DNA of 64,000 nucleotides from Candidatus Micrarchaeota archaeon (GTDB lineage Archaea; Micrarchaeota; Micrarchaeia; Micrarchaeales; Micrarchaeaceae), in NCBI GenBank assembly GCA_021827605.1, contig JAKAVF010000031.1, positions 28,592-92,591 on the forward strand. Direction: 5' to 3'. The notes beneath the pieces were generated by a model. That model saw only the letters and a list, made by a program, of their open reading frames with translations. It had not been told where the DNA came from and made no database searches. The stretch's first letter is position 1. Each line of letters begins with the position of its first letter. The position numbers and the translations under genes were made by a program. Positions 42,998 through 52,487 of this stretch are shown here, piece by piece.

Positions 42998-45013
42998 ATG
43001 GTAGATCTAATATTGGTACCGATAGTAGGGGCTCTGCTAGCGCTCCTTTATGCAGCTATAAGCGCAAGCTACGTCGTAAAGCAGCCAAAAGGCAACGAGA
43101 AGATGAACAAGGTTGCCGCAGCCATAAAGAAGGGCGCCAATGCATTCCTCAAGAGGGAATACAGGACTGTGCTGATATTCGGGATAATACTTGTCATAAT
43201 ATTCGCGATTGCGTCCTACTACGATCCGGCAGTAGTCCCAGCGCCGACTCCAATCGCATTTGCGTTAGGTGCTTTGCTGTCTGCTCTTGCGGGATACATA
43301 GGAATGGAAATATCCGTCCGCGCCAACCTAAGAACGGCAAAAGCGGCCGAGAAAGGCCTCAAGCACGCCCTCAATGTTGCGTTCAAGGGTGGAGCTGTGA
43401 CTGGAATGGCTGTCGTCGGTCTTGCGCTCCTTGGATTCTCCGTAATGTTCATAATCTATCAGAATCCGGTCGTCCTAATCGGATTTGGGTTCGGGGCAAG
43501 CTTAGTCAGCCTGTTCGCCAGGGTAGGCGGCGGGATATACACGAAGGGCGCCGATGTCGGTGCGGATCTAGTTGGTAAGGCAGAGATAGGGATACCGGAG
43601 GATGACCCGCGAAACCCTGCCGTCATCGCAGACAACGTAGGAGATAATGTCGGTGACTGTGCGGGAATGGCTGCAGACCTATTCGAATCATATGTGATAA
43701 CTGTCCTTGCATCAATGCTTCTCGCATTCTTTGCAGGGCTTACCGGAACAGCTCTGCTCCTGCCTCTGCTTGTTGGCGGGGTTGCGGTAGTGGCGTCGAT
43801 ACTTGGAACCTTCGTGGTCAAGACAGACGACAAGAACAAGATATGGACAGCGCTGAACAACTCTCTCAAGGTGTCGGCTGTCCTTGCAGCAATAGGGTTC
43901 GTGGCGCTTACATACTACACCGGCACTGTGCAATACCTGATGCCGCTCATAGCAGGGATAATAGTCGCCGTCCTTCTTGCTGAGATAACCGGCCATTATA
44001 CAAACAAGAACACAAAGTCTGTCCGCGAGATTGCCATAGCATCAAAGTCCGGCGCTGGCACCAATATAATATATGGCACTGCAAACGGAATGCGGGCCAC
44101 CATGTATCCAGTGCTGGTGATAGTAGCCGCAATACTAGTCTCCTATCTCGCATCCGGAGTGTTCGGAATCGCGCTCGCGTCGATGGCAATGCTGTCGCTG
44201 ACAGGGATAGTGGTCTCAATCGACAGCTATGGCCCGATAACCGACAATGCTGGCGGGATAGCTGAGATGTCGGGAATGGGCAAGGGCGTCAGGGAGATAA
44301 CTGACCCCCTTGACGCGGTAGGCAACACGACGAAAGCGGTCACAAAGGGATTTGCAATTGGAGCGGCGGCTCTCGCTGCACTCTCATTGTTCGTCGCCTT
44401 TGCAAGCGCAGCCCATCTGACAAGTATAGACATACTCAACCCTCTCGTGATAAGCGGGCTCTTCATAGGTGCAATGATACCATACGTATTCTCAGCAATA
44501 GTCATGAGAGCGGTCGGTTCAGCAGCATCCAAGATAGTAGAGGAGGTTCGCCGCCAATTCAAGACCATAAAAGGCCTGATGAAGGGAACAGCAGATCCAG
44601 ACTATGCGAAGGCGGTCGACATAACTACAAAGGCCGCTATAGCGTCGCTAGCTGCTCCGGCTCTCCTTGGAATACTTTCGCCAATACTTGTTGGATTGAT
44701 ACTGGGGCCTCTAGCTCTTGCGGGGCTCCTCGCAGGCGTCATAGTCTCGGGGCTTGTGCTTGCACTTTTCCTGACTACCAGCGGTGCAGCCTGGGACAAC
44801 GCCAAGAAATACATAGAAGAAGGAAGGTTCGGCGGGAAGGGATCGGATGCGCACAAGGCTGCAGTTGTAGGAGATACAGTTGGAGATCCGTTCAAGGACA
44901 CGGCAGGCCCTGGGATCAACCCTCTGATAAAGGTGATAAACATGGTCTCGCTGCTGATTGCGCCTACGATCATAGCATTTTCGCTCCCCGCATTTTTGCA
45001 CTTAGCGCTCTAA
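42998..45013 (+). CDS. hppA: Membrane-bound proton-translocating pyrophosphatase
   Basis: GGIYTKGADVGADLVGKAE, DNVGDNVGDCAGMAADLFESY and DTVGDPFKDTAGPGINPLIKV. Confidence 0.95.
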   Translation: MVDLILVPIVGALLALLYAAISASYVVKQPKGNEKMNKVAAAIKKGANAFLKREYRTVLIFGIILVIIFAIASYYDPAVVPAPTPIAFALGALLSALAGYIGMEISVRANLRTAKAAEKGLKHALNVAFKGGAVTGMAVVGLALLGFSVMFIIYQNPVVLIGFGFGASLVSLFARVGGGIYTKGADVGADLVGKAEIGIPEDDPRNPAVIADNVGDNVGDCAGMAADLFESYVITVLASMLLAFFAGLTGTALLLPLLVGGVAVVASILGTFVVKTDDKNKIWTALNNSLKVSAVLAAIGFVALTYYTGTVQYLMPLIAGIIVAVLLAEITGHYTNKNTKSVREIAIASKSGAGTNIIYGTANGMRATMYPVLVIVAAILVSYLASGVFGIALASMAMLSLTGIVVSIDSYGPITDNAGGIAEMSGMGKGVREITDPLDAVGNTTKAVTKGFAIGAAALAALSLFVAFASAAHLTSIDILNPLVISGLFIGAMIPYVFSAIVMRAVGSAASKIVEEVRRQFKTIKGLMKGTADPDYAKAVDITTKAAIASLAAPALLGILSPILVGLILGPLALAGLLAGVIVSGLVLALFLTTSGAAWDNAKKYIEEGRFGGKGSDAHKAAVVGDTVGDPFKDTAGPGINPLIKVINMVSLLIAPTIIAFSLPAFLHLAL

Positions 45014-45047
45014 GTGCATCGATGCACAGCGATACGCGAGAACCAGT

Positions 45048-45458
45048 TTAGTTGATCTTGTTGTCCTTGTCCTTTACCGGAGGCTCCTTCGCGAGCTCCT
45101 CCTGCATGCACTCTATCGAAAGGTTCTTGTCAAACCTTTCTGCGATCGCACCATCCTCGTCATATATGTAAGCGGTAATCTTGAACTTGTAATCATCAGG
45201 GTAGTTATTTGGTCTCGTGTAGAGCTTGACAATCTTGCTTGCGTAACCCATCGGCTTGAGTATCCCTATCCTAGTCTTGCCAGTGTTCATCTCGATGTCG
45301 TGCGCAAGGGAGAGCGGCGAAGCGACAACAATCTCGCACTCGCCCCAGTATACGCTGCTCTCAGTCAGGTTCTTGAGATTTATCTCCATCCGCACTTCGT
45401 TCCTAGAAAAGGCCCTGAGTTTCTGGGGAGTAAAGGAAACATCCATGTCAACGTTCAT
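45048..45458 (-). CDS. Hypothetical protein (predicted beta-rich)
   Basis: 136-aa ORF with no competing ORF and no motif recognised. Confidence 0.4.
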   Translation of the reverse strand: MNVDMDVSFTPQKLRAFSRNEVRMEINLKNLTESSVYWGECEIVVASPLSLAHDIEMNTGKTRIGILKPMGYASKIVKLYTRPNNYPDDYKFKITAYIYDEDGAIAERFDKNLSIECMQEELAKEPPVKDKDNKIN

Positions 45459-45553
45459 TCTGGCACCACTGTAAAGAATTGAACACTAATCTTAATAAAG
45501 GTAGCTAACAGAATTATAGAATTGTCTTACATCAACATGCATTTTACTTACCA

Positions 45554-46024
45554 GTGTTTTCGATGGAACTCAACGAATCAAAGCTTATAGAGAGGGAGAT
45601 AACCGTCAGGAACCTTGTGCTCACAAAGGAGGTTACTGAGACCAGGAGAAGCCTGATAAGATGGCTTGCTCTGTCGATGGGTGTGATAAATCCGGGCGAG
45701 TCCAGGCTGGGTGCGCTGTCTGTCCTCGACTCTATTCTTTACTTCCAGTTCAACCAGAAAAAAGATCCGACAGTCAGCGAGATGATGGAGTACATAGGCA
45801 AGACATGGGAGCCAATCAATGAGAAGACTCTGAGGTACCACCTCCTCCAGCTCAACAAGTCGAACATAGTGCGCCACGCGAAAGGCCAGTACTTCCTCGC
45901 GCAGCCGGAGGGAGGGGAGAAGTACGATGAGGCTGGATGGGTGAATCATTACTTCACGGTTGAGATAAACCCAATAAGGGACAAGATAATTTCCGCTATA
46001 AAAGAGCTCAAGAACAGGCAATAA
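45554..46024 (+). CDS. Winged-helix DNA-binding protein (putative transcriptional regulator)
   Basis: TVSEMMEYIG...INEKTLRYHLLQLNKSNIVRHAKGQYFL fits a helix-turn-helix plus wing pattern. The ATG at 45563 is the likely start. Confidence 0.45.
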   Translation: MFSMELNESKLIEREITVRNLVLTKEVTETRRSLIRWLALSMGVINPGESRLGALSVLDSILYFQFNQKKDPTVSEMMEYIGKTWEPINEKTLRYHLLQLNKSNIVRHAKGQYFLAQPEGGEKYDEAGWVNHYFTVEINPIRDKIISAIKELKNRQ

Positions 46025-46089
46025 GAGCATAGTGCAAAACAAAAAATAGGAAAAACAGAACAAAAAACAAAAAACAGAAGACTGGTTTT

Positions 46090-47790
46090 ATGGTTTCGAA
46101 AATAGAACTCGGGATATATGCGGTCGTGATAATAGTGGTGGCTCTAGCCGTGGCATTCGCAGCGTCAAGCTTCTTTCCAAAGTCTTATGACGTTTCGGTG
46201 CAGTTCCAGCAGCTCTCGCCGCAGGCCATCACATACCCGTACCAGACAGGGAACTTCAGGGTACTGGTCAACAACACTGGTTCGAGCGGGATATCGTCTA
46301 TTGTAGTTGTTACATACATGAACAACAAGCAATTGCACAGCTACACGATATCGAATCTAGGATCGCATACTGGAGTTGCCCTGAACATAAGCTACATCTA
46401 TCCAGCAAATGGGACATACAGCTTCCAGGCGGTCGCGGATCCGTCAGACCTCCTTCCGATACAGGACAGGGCATCGGCGAGCAGCGGATTCACGGTAAAC
46501 GTCAGCGCGCCGGAGACTCCAAACGTATACACCGCCGTCCCCAACAACAACATCAGGGGCACGGAGAGCTTTACGCTCTTCCCAGGGGGGCTCGCGCAGG
46601 CGCTTTTCATATCTCAGTTCTTCAAGGTGCGCCAATACGACTGGCTCACCGGGAACAACAACGCAACGATAAAGCTGTTCGGTTCGCTTATCAGCTACAT
46701 ATCGTCGGTAAACGGCGCATATGTTGCATACAATAATTCCACATCATCCTATGTTGCATGGTCGCAGACGATAGCCAACCAGTCGGTCATCTACAAGGCG
46801 TTCGAGGGGCTCGGCGTTCCAGTGAGCAACATAAGCATATCCGGCAGGAGCGTAGTATACGCAAGGCTGGGCAACGGCACCAGCGCATGCGAGCTCTATG
46901 ACAGGGGATGGACAAAAGTGCTCGAGTTCACAAATACAAGTGCCGATACGCAGACCTGTGCATCCCTTCTCGGCAACACGTACAACGCAACAGAGCCAAC
47001 CGCATTTGTAAACGCGCTCAAGGCGAACGCGAACCTATCGCGATACCAGTCCCTGTTCAAGTACCTAAACTCAACTGCTGGAGGTTCGGCTCTCATAATG
47101 GAGAATTCTTCCATCGCAGCGTTCAACCTGTTCCAGAACCAGTACGGGTTCTTCGGCAGCTACGTAAGAAAGAACAGCCAACCAATAAACCTCTCATCCA
47201 TAAATTCAACCTGTATCGGCTTTGTCTTCTCGCTAAATGGGACGAGTGTGTGCTCGAACCAGGTGAGAGGGAGTGTGCAGCTGCCGAGCCAGTACCTGCT
47301 CGCAAACTCGACGGAGATAGCACAGGATTACACAGCTACGCTCTACTCCCTGGTCAACAGGACACAGTATGGCTTCTCTGCGCAGACCAGCGGCTCCGAC
47401 CTGATATACTACCTCAACATAACGAGCGCCTCGCTGCAGTGGAACTCGAACATAAAAAACAGCTGCGCATTCTCGAAGCAGATCGCCTGCAAGGTGGTGA
47501 GCTTCAACAACCTCAACAGCACAGCAGTGCTCAACCTGACTAATAGGCTGGGAAGCACGATAACGGTAAACAAGATAGGCTGCTTTGTGCCCGGCTTCGA
47601 GACGAACTTCACGGTCAACAGGACGATAGCGGGCAACGCAAGCGCTGACGTGAATGCATACTGCATAGGCAGGATTCCGGGCGCTAACTTCGGTCCACTG
47701 CTCAATTTCAACCTCACCATAAATTACACAGAATTTGGAAACCTCCAGTATGCAGGAGGCATCCTCAACGTATCTAATTCGGGAGGTTAG
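46090..47790 (+). CDS. Large N-terminally anchored extracellular protein, very rich in NxS/T sequons; the C-terminus resembles the pilin-like head domain
   Basis: N-terminal TM IYAVVIIVVALAVAFAA. More than 20 NxS/T sequons by eye. C-terminal CAFSKQIACKVVSFNNLNSTAVLNLTN...IGCF...YC pattern. Confidence 0.55.
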   Translation: MVSKIELGIYAVVIIVVALAVAFAASSFFPKSYDVSVQFQQLSPQAITYPYQTGNFRVLVNNTGSSGISSIVVVTYMNNKQLHSYTISNLGSHTGVALNISYIYPANGTYSFQAVADPSDLLPIQDRASASSGFTVNVSAPETPNVYTAVPNNNIRGTESFTLFPGGLAQALFISQFFKVRQYDWLTGNNNATIKLFGSLISYISSVNGAYVAYNNSTSSYVAWSQTIANQSVIYKAFEGLGVPVSNISISGRSVVYARLGNGTSACELYDRGWTKVLEFTNTSADTQTCASLLGNTYNATEPTAFVNALKANANLSRYQSLFKYLNSTAGGSALIMENSSIAAFNLFQNQYGFFGSYVRKNSQPINLSSINSTCIGFVFSLNGTSVCSNQVRGSVQLPSQYLLANSTEIAQDYTATLYSLVNRTQYGFSAQTSGSDLIYYLNITSASLQWNSNIKNSCAFSKQIACKVVSFNNLNSTAVLNLTNRLGSTITVNKIGCFVPGFETNFTVNRTIAGNASADVNAYCIGRIPGANFGPLLNFNLTINYTEFGNLQYAGGILNVSNSGG

Positions 47791-48057
47791 ATGGAAATAA
47801 GCGAAACTGCGAGGAACGTGCTCGCGCAGGGAAGCATAAAGATAAGAGTGAGAAGATCCGGTATGCTGCAGCAGATGACCTTCACAGTAAAGAAGGTACC
47901 GCTCGGCAAGGACTACTTCGTAGAGCTCTTCCTAGACAGGGTTATAGATATAAGCGAGCTGCAGAGGCTGGCCAATGAAACCGGGCTTCCCGTCGAGACG
48001 CAGAATGGAAAGGCGTTCCCGGCAGGCAAGGGGGCGAAGGATTTCCTAAATCTCTGA
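47791..48057 (+). CDS. Hypothetical small protein
   Basis: 88 aa. The ATG directly abuts the upstream TAG stop (47788-47790). Confidence 0.4.
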   Translation: MEISETARNVLAQGSIKIRVRRSGMLQQMTFTVKKVPLGKDYFVELFLDRVIDISELQRLANETGLPVETQNGKAFPAGKGAKDFLNL

Positions 48058-48061
48058 GCCG

Positions 48062-48586
48062 TCACCGGAACTCGGCAAGCCTACTCCACCACTTCACTCT
48101 TTTCTCTATCCATGCATCAATCGAGTATTTGCTTGGCCCATATCCAGCATTTATCACCATTAGGCAGACGAAGACGAGGCTGTAGATTATACCAGTCCCT
48201 ATGTCTGTAGAACCAGGACCGTACGGGCCGCCAAATCCCTCCGGAACCGCCCATATAAACAGACTGAGGACCATGCCAACAGTGTAGGTAATCTTCCTTA
48301 TCCCTCCGACTATCAATCCTATCCCGATGAGAATCTCGCCGACACCAACAAGCGTCGCCCAGAAGAATGGATCAGGACCAACGACGCTGCTCCAGAAGTC
48401 GAACCACGGGATGAGCCAGCCCGGCTGCCCGTTTCCTGCATTTTGGATCAGCTGCGGAAAGGCCGCCGCAGTTCCAGGAGTGAACTTGAGAAGGCCGTCT
48501 ATGAGCCAGACTATGCCAAAGATAATCCTTATTGCGCTCTTTAGCTTGTCCCTGTGCCTATAGAGCCAGTGGCCCTTTTCCTTCAT
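48062..48586 (-). CDS. DoxX-family membrane protein
   Basis: Four TM segments with IRIIFGIVWLIDGLLKF and GEILIGIGLIVGG, typical of DoxX-like proteins. Confidence 0.5.
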   Translation of the reverse strand: MKEKGHWLYRHRDKLKSAIRIIFGIVWLIDGLLKFTPGTAAAFPQLIQNAGNGQPGWLIPWFDFWSSVVGPDPFFWATLVGVGEILIGIGLIVGGIRKITYTVGMVLSLFIWAVPEGFGGPYGPGSTDIGTGIIYSLVFVCLMVINAGYGPSKYSIDAWIEKRVKWWSRLAEFR

Positions 48587-48654
48587 AATCGCACCTGATA
48601 GCTATCCTCAGGAAACTTTTAAAAGAGCTTCTTCTCATATCTACAAGTGGTGCG

Positions 48655-49683
48655 ATGGCGATAAGCTCTGGGTTCATCAGCGGCTTCTTCAATTACTTCC
48701 AGAACGCGCTCGGCAGCTGGCCCCTTTCCGGTCCTGTCTCTCTCATCCTCTCCTTCATCGTCTACCTCATAGCGCTGTCAGTAATCTTCATGGCCTTTGC
48801 CTATGTGTTCGGATGGATCGAGAGGAAGGTCATGGCGCGTGCACAGTCCAGGCACGGTCCGACATACGTGGGGAAGTGGGGATTCCTGCAAAACCTTGCG
48901 GACTTCATAAAGCTGATAGCAAAGGAGAATATAATACCGGACAGCGCTGACAAGCCTCTCTTCCAGACTGCGATACCAGCGCTGTTTGCGGTATTTGTCC
49001 TGATGCTCGTGCTCATACCTTTCACAAACTCTTTTGTAGGGGTCGGGACAAGCCTTTCCCTGCTGCTTGTTTTCATGCTGCTTTCATTTACGCCGCTTCT
49101 CATCTTCGTGGCGGGCTGGACCAGCGGCAACAAGTTCTCATCGATAGGGGCACAGAGGTCGGTAGTCATGCTTCTAAGCTACGAGATCCCAATCCTGCTT
49201 GTGATTGCAGCGATTGCATTGCTCGCCAACGGATATGGATTTACATCAATAGTGAACGCACAGTCTAGCATGTGGTACGTCATCCTCATGCCGATAGGCT
49301 TCGTTGTTTTCTTCATCGCTCTTCTCGGAGAGCTGGACAGGCCGCCGTTCGACCTTAGGGAGGCGGACAGTGAGCTCATTGCGGGCTGGCTTACAGACGT
49401 GAGTGCACCGTACTATGGGCTCGTGCTATTCCTGGACTACACCAGGATGCTGGTCGGCACACTGCTGCTGGCGCTCCTGTTCTTTGGCGGATGGCTCGGT
49501 CCATCATCCATACCGCCGTTTGTATGGCTGATGGCAAAGGTGGTGATTCTGGCGATATTCATAATATTCATACGTGCGACAACGGTCAGGATGAAGATAG
49601 ACAGGCTGCTTAGGCTGGGATGGAAGTACCTGATGCCTCTTGCAGTCGTTAATTTAGTTGTTACATTTGCAATATTCATATAG
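48655..49683 (+). CDS. nuoH: NADH-quinone oxidoreductase subunit H
   Basis: GWIERKVMARAQSRHGPTYVGKWGFLQNLADFIKL and ELDRPPFDLREADSELIAGW. Confidence 0.9.
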   Translation: MAISSGFISGFFNYFQNALGSWPLSGPVSLILSFIVYLIALSVIFMAFAYVFGWIERKVMARAQSRHGPTYVGKWGFLQNLADFIKLIAKENIIPDSADKPLFQTAIPALFAVFVLMLVLIPFTNSFVGVGTSLSLLLVFMLLSFTPLLIFVAGWTSGNKFSSIGAQRSVVMLLSYEIPILLVIAAIALLANGYGFTSIVNAQSSMWYVILMPIGFVVFFIALLGELDRPPFDLREADSELIAGWLTDVSAPYYGLVLFLDYTRMLVGTLLLALLFFGGWLGPSSIPPFVWLMAKVVILAIFIIFIRATTVRMKIDRLLRLGWKYLMPLAVVNLVVTFAIFI

Positions 49684-49685
49684 CG

Positions 49686-50084
49686 TTGAGGCAAAGGGAT
49701 GAAATGATACTGAAGCCCATAGCAAAGGTAGCCAAAGAGGCGTTCAGGAAACCATTTACTGTGGAGTTTCCGGAGCATGTGGAGGAGCTTGCCGACAACT
49801 ACAGGGGCATACACAAGCTTGACATGAACACCTGCATAAACTGCCAGGCGTGCGCAAGGATCTGCCCGAACCAGACTATACAGATGGTAGAAGCCGACAG
49901 CCCGACGGCATTCCACGCAGACAGCAAGCCGAAGCTGTTCCCCGAGATTGACCTTGAACGCTGCCTCTTCTGCGCGCTTTGCGAGGAAGTATGTCCAACA
50001 GACTGCCTCATACTTACGAAGAACACGGAGCTGGAAGCATATGACAGGAGGGACCTCGTGAAAAGGCCGGAGAAGCTTGAGTGA
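49686..50084 (+). CDS. nuoI: NADH-quinone oxidoreductase subunit I (2x[4Fe-4S])
   Basis: CINCQACARICP and CLFCALCEEVCP. The ATG at 49704 is an alternative start. Confidence 0.9.
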   Translation: MRQRDEMILKPIAKVAKEAFRKPFTVEFPEHVEELADNYRGIHKLDMNTCINCQACARICPNQTIQMVEADSPTAFHADSKPKLFPEIDLERCLFCALCEEVCPTDCLILTKNTELEAYDRRDLVKRPEKLE

Positions 50085-50090
50085 TGGCGC

Positions 50091-51635
50091 ATGAAGAGAT
50101 CACAGAGCGCAATCGAGTACCTGATGACCTACGGCTGGTCGATACTAGTCATAGTGGTCGTGCTCGCGATACTGTTTGCATTCAACATATTCAATCCGAA
50201 ATCCCTTTCTACGAACAACTGCAGGTCTTTTGAGAATTTCGTCTGCACAAACCTCGTGCTGAACACTTCCGGATACCTGAGCGTCAACATCGGTGCCTAT
50301 GGTCCGACAATAACAGCTACAGGAATAGCGTGCACAAACAGCAGCGCACCGGCACCTGTCTCGTTCTATCCCCTGCCAAACCTCACGATCCAAAGCGCAT
50401 TCAACTATTCGTTTGTAGTCCCATGCCCAGCTCCTGGGGCTAAGATAGGCAGCAGATTCAATGGAGTGATATGGCTGCGGTACAACTCTGGCAACACGCT
50501 TGGCCTGATCGCGACGATAGCCGCGTTCAGCGCTACCGCAAGCACGCAGAGCTCCGTCTCTCCTTCAAGAACGACTAGCACAACCTCTTCGACTACAACG
50601 GTAAGTTCCTCCTCTACCTCCACCACAACGATACCTGCTATATCCTATGTGCCAATAACGTTAACCAACAGTCAGAGCAGCCCGACCCCAGCCCCATTCC
50701 AGCAGTATCTCGTCGTGTCAAGCTATGCGTATGTCAATTACATAAACAGCAATTGGGACAATGTCGAGTTTTCCACAGGCCCTGGCGCGACCGGAACAAT
50801 ACTAAAAGCGTGGGTAGAGTGGGGAGCTAGCACCGCATCCACAACGGGGGTATGGATAAACCTTCCTAGTGGGATAGGTGCGAGCAGTTCCTATACAATC
50901 TACATGAACTTCATGCCATCGAATGTGATGAACGCCACATGCGCAGCAGGCGCTAATCCGGAAACAAGCCCGTCCACATGTGACACCGGAGAGGCCCCGA
51001 GCCTATCCTCCACATATGCGCAATACGACACCGGAGCGCAGGTGTTTAATTTCTACGATAACTTTGCAGGGACTAGCCTCGGCAGCGAATGGACTGTATC
51101 AGGAGGGTGGGGGTATTCGGTAAATGATGGATTAACGGTAATTTCATCGCCTGGAAGCGGTGGCAGCATACATTCTGGTGCCACGTTCAACTATCCTTTT
51201 GATGTCGACTTCTATGGCAACCCTACGAACAGCAGCGGATGTTCTCCCGTTGGCGAGATGGGAGTTGGAACAAGCGCATGGACCAGTGGAGGCAATGCTG
51301 CTGAAGTGACGTTTACCAACTGCGACATCCCCTCCCTTACTCAGGCTGCATATGGCAGCAGTGCGACAAACGGCAATACATATACTTCAGGTGCATCTGT
51401 GTACACCGTGGAGGTCGTGTCTGCTAGCGAAGCCAACTTCTACAAGGGGACATCTGGCCCGCTCATCGGCAGCATCTATAGCAATATACCGCCTAGCCCC
51501 CAGCCTGTTGCAGCTATCATCGCAGCGTGTTGCGGTGGGACATACTCGCCAACACCCACGTTGAGCTGGATCAGGACCAGGGCATATCCGCCATTAGGCC
51601 AGATGCCAACTCCGAGCTTTGGCAGCGTAGTGTAA
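50091..51635 (+). CDS. Class III signal-peptide pilin-like protein with S/T linker and DUF2341/LamG-like C-terminal region, embedded in the nuo operon
   Basis: MKRS-QSAIEYLMTYGWSILVIVVVLAILF and a head domain ending FNGVIWLRY. An S/T-rich linker follows, then YVPITLTNSQSSPTPAPFQQYLVV...WDNVEFS...LKAWVEW...VWINLPSGI..YTIYMNF, a DUF2341-like pattern. Confidence 0.6.
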   Translation: MKRSQSAIEYLMTYGWSILVIVVVLAILFAFNIFNPKSLSTNNCRSFENFVCTNLVLNTSGYLSVNIGAYGPTITATGIACTNSSAPAPVSFYPLPNLTIQSAFNYSFVVPCPAPGAKIGSRFNGVIWLRYNSGNTLGLIATIAAFSATASTQSSVSPSRTTSTTSSTTTVSSSSTSTTTIPAISYVPITLTNSQSSPTPAPFQQYLVVSSYAYVNYINSNWDNVEFSTGPGATGTILKAWVEWGASTASTTGVWINLPSGIGASSSYTIYMNFMPSNVMNATCAAGANPETSPSTCDTGEAPSLSSTYAQYDTGAQVFNFYDNFAGTSLGSEWTVSGGWGYSVNDGLTVISSPGSGGSIHSGATFNYPFDVDFYGNPTNSSGCSPVGEMGVGTSAWTSGGNAAEVTFTNCDIPSLTQAAYGSSATNGNTYTSGASVYTVEVVSASEANFYKGTSGPLIGSIYSNIPPSPQPVAAIIAACCGGTYSPTPTLSWIRTRAYPPLGQMPTPSFGSVV

Positions 51636-51672
51636 GAGCGAGCCCACAAGGAATTTAAACTCTAAAAGAGAT

Positions 51673-52185
51673 GTGCTGTGGGCTATCTGGAGGGTTGAAA
51701 TGATAGATTTGATCGTTTTCACTGTTCTGACAATATCTGTATTGGTGCTGTCAGCCCTGATATTTGCCCTCAAAGATGTTCTGCACGCAGCCATCGCACT
51801 CGCATCCCTATTCCTGTTCAATTCGCTGTTCTTCCTGCTGATAAACCAGCCACTGCTTGCTGTCGTGCAGCTGTTCATAATGGTCGGCGGGATAGCCACC
51901 TTCCTGTTTGTAGGAGTTGGATCTGCCGCGTACTCGAAGTTCTGGCATACTAAGAAAGTTGTCCTTGTCATGCTATGGGCGGCGCTGTTCGTAGCCCTCG
52001 CCAGTTCACTAAACGGAGTGAGCTTTACGGCTGAGCTGACGCCTACTACGTTCTGGTCCAGCAATATCGCATCGTCCCTGCAGTCGAGCGCAGCGCTCTT
52101 CTACGTTATGGCTCTTGCGATGTTTGGCGTATCTCTTGGGGCGATTATCCTGCTGAAGAAAACGAAAAGAAACGTGAAGAAATGA
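51673..52185 (+). CDS. nuoJ: NADH-quinone oxidoreductase subunit J
   Basis: Five TM segments including LLAVVQLFIMVGGIATFLFV. It lies before nuoK with an ATGA overlap. The start is probably the Met at 51700 (MIDLIV). Confidence 0.8.
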   Translation: MLWAIWRVEMIDLIVFTVLTISVLVLSALIFALKDVLHAAIALASLFLFNSLFFLLINQPLLAVVQLFIMVGGIATFLFVGVGSAAYSKFWHTKKVVLVMLWAALFVALASSLNGVSFTAELTPTTFWSSNIASSLQSSAALFYVMALAMFGVSLGAIILLKKTKRNVKK

Positions 52186-52487
52186 TACCAGTGGAATATT
52201 TTGCAGTAGTGAGCTTCGCGCTCTTCGCGATCGGGCTGGCCGGAGTTGCGGCAACGCGGCACTTCGTGCTTATGATCTTCTCGATAGAGGTCGCCCTCAC
52301 CGCAGCGACTCTCATCGCAACGGTTTTCTTCTATTTCAACACGGATGGGAACATAATGCTGCTCCTGTTTACAATCTGGACGATAGCAGCCAGCGAGGCG
52401 ATTGCGCTGGTTGCGTTCTACAGGTACATATCGAAGTACGAGACGAACATGGACGTTGCACAGCTTTCGAAACTGAGGGATAAATGA
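52182..52487 (+). CDS. nuoK: NADH-quinone oxidoreductase subunit K
   Basis: 101 aa, three TM segments, with a conserved Glu in IFSIEVALTAA. It overlaps both neighbours by 4 nt. Confidence 0.85.
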   Translation: MIPVEYFAVVSFALFAIGLAGVAATRHFVLMIFSIEVALTAATLIATVFFYFNTDGNIMLLLFTIWTIAASEAIALVAFYRYISKYETNMDVAQLSKLRDK

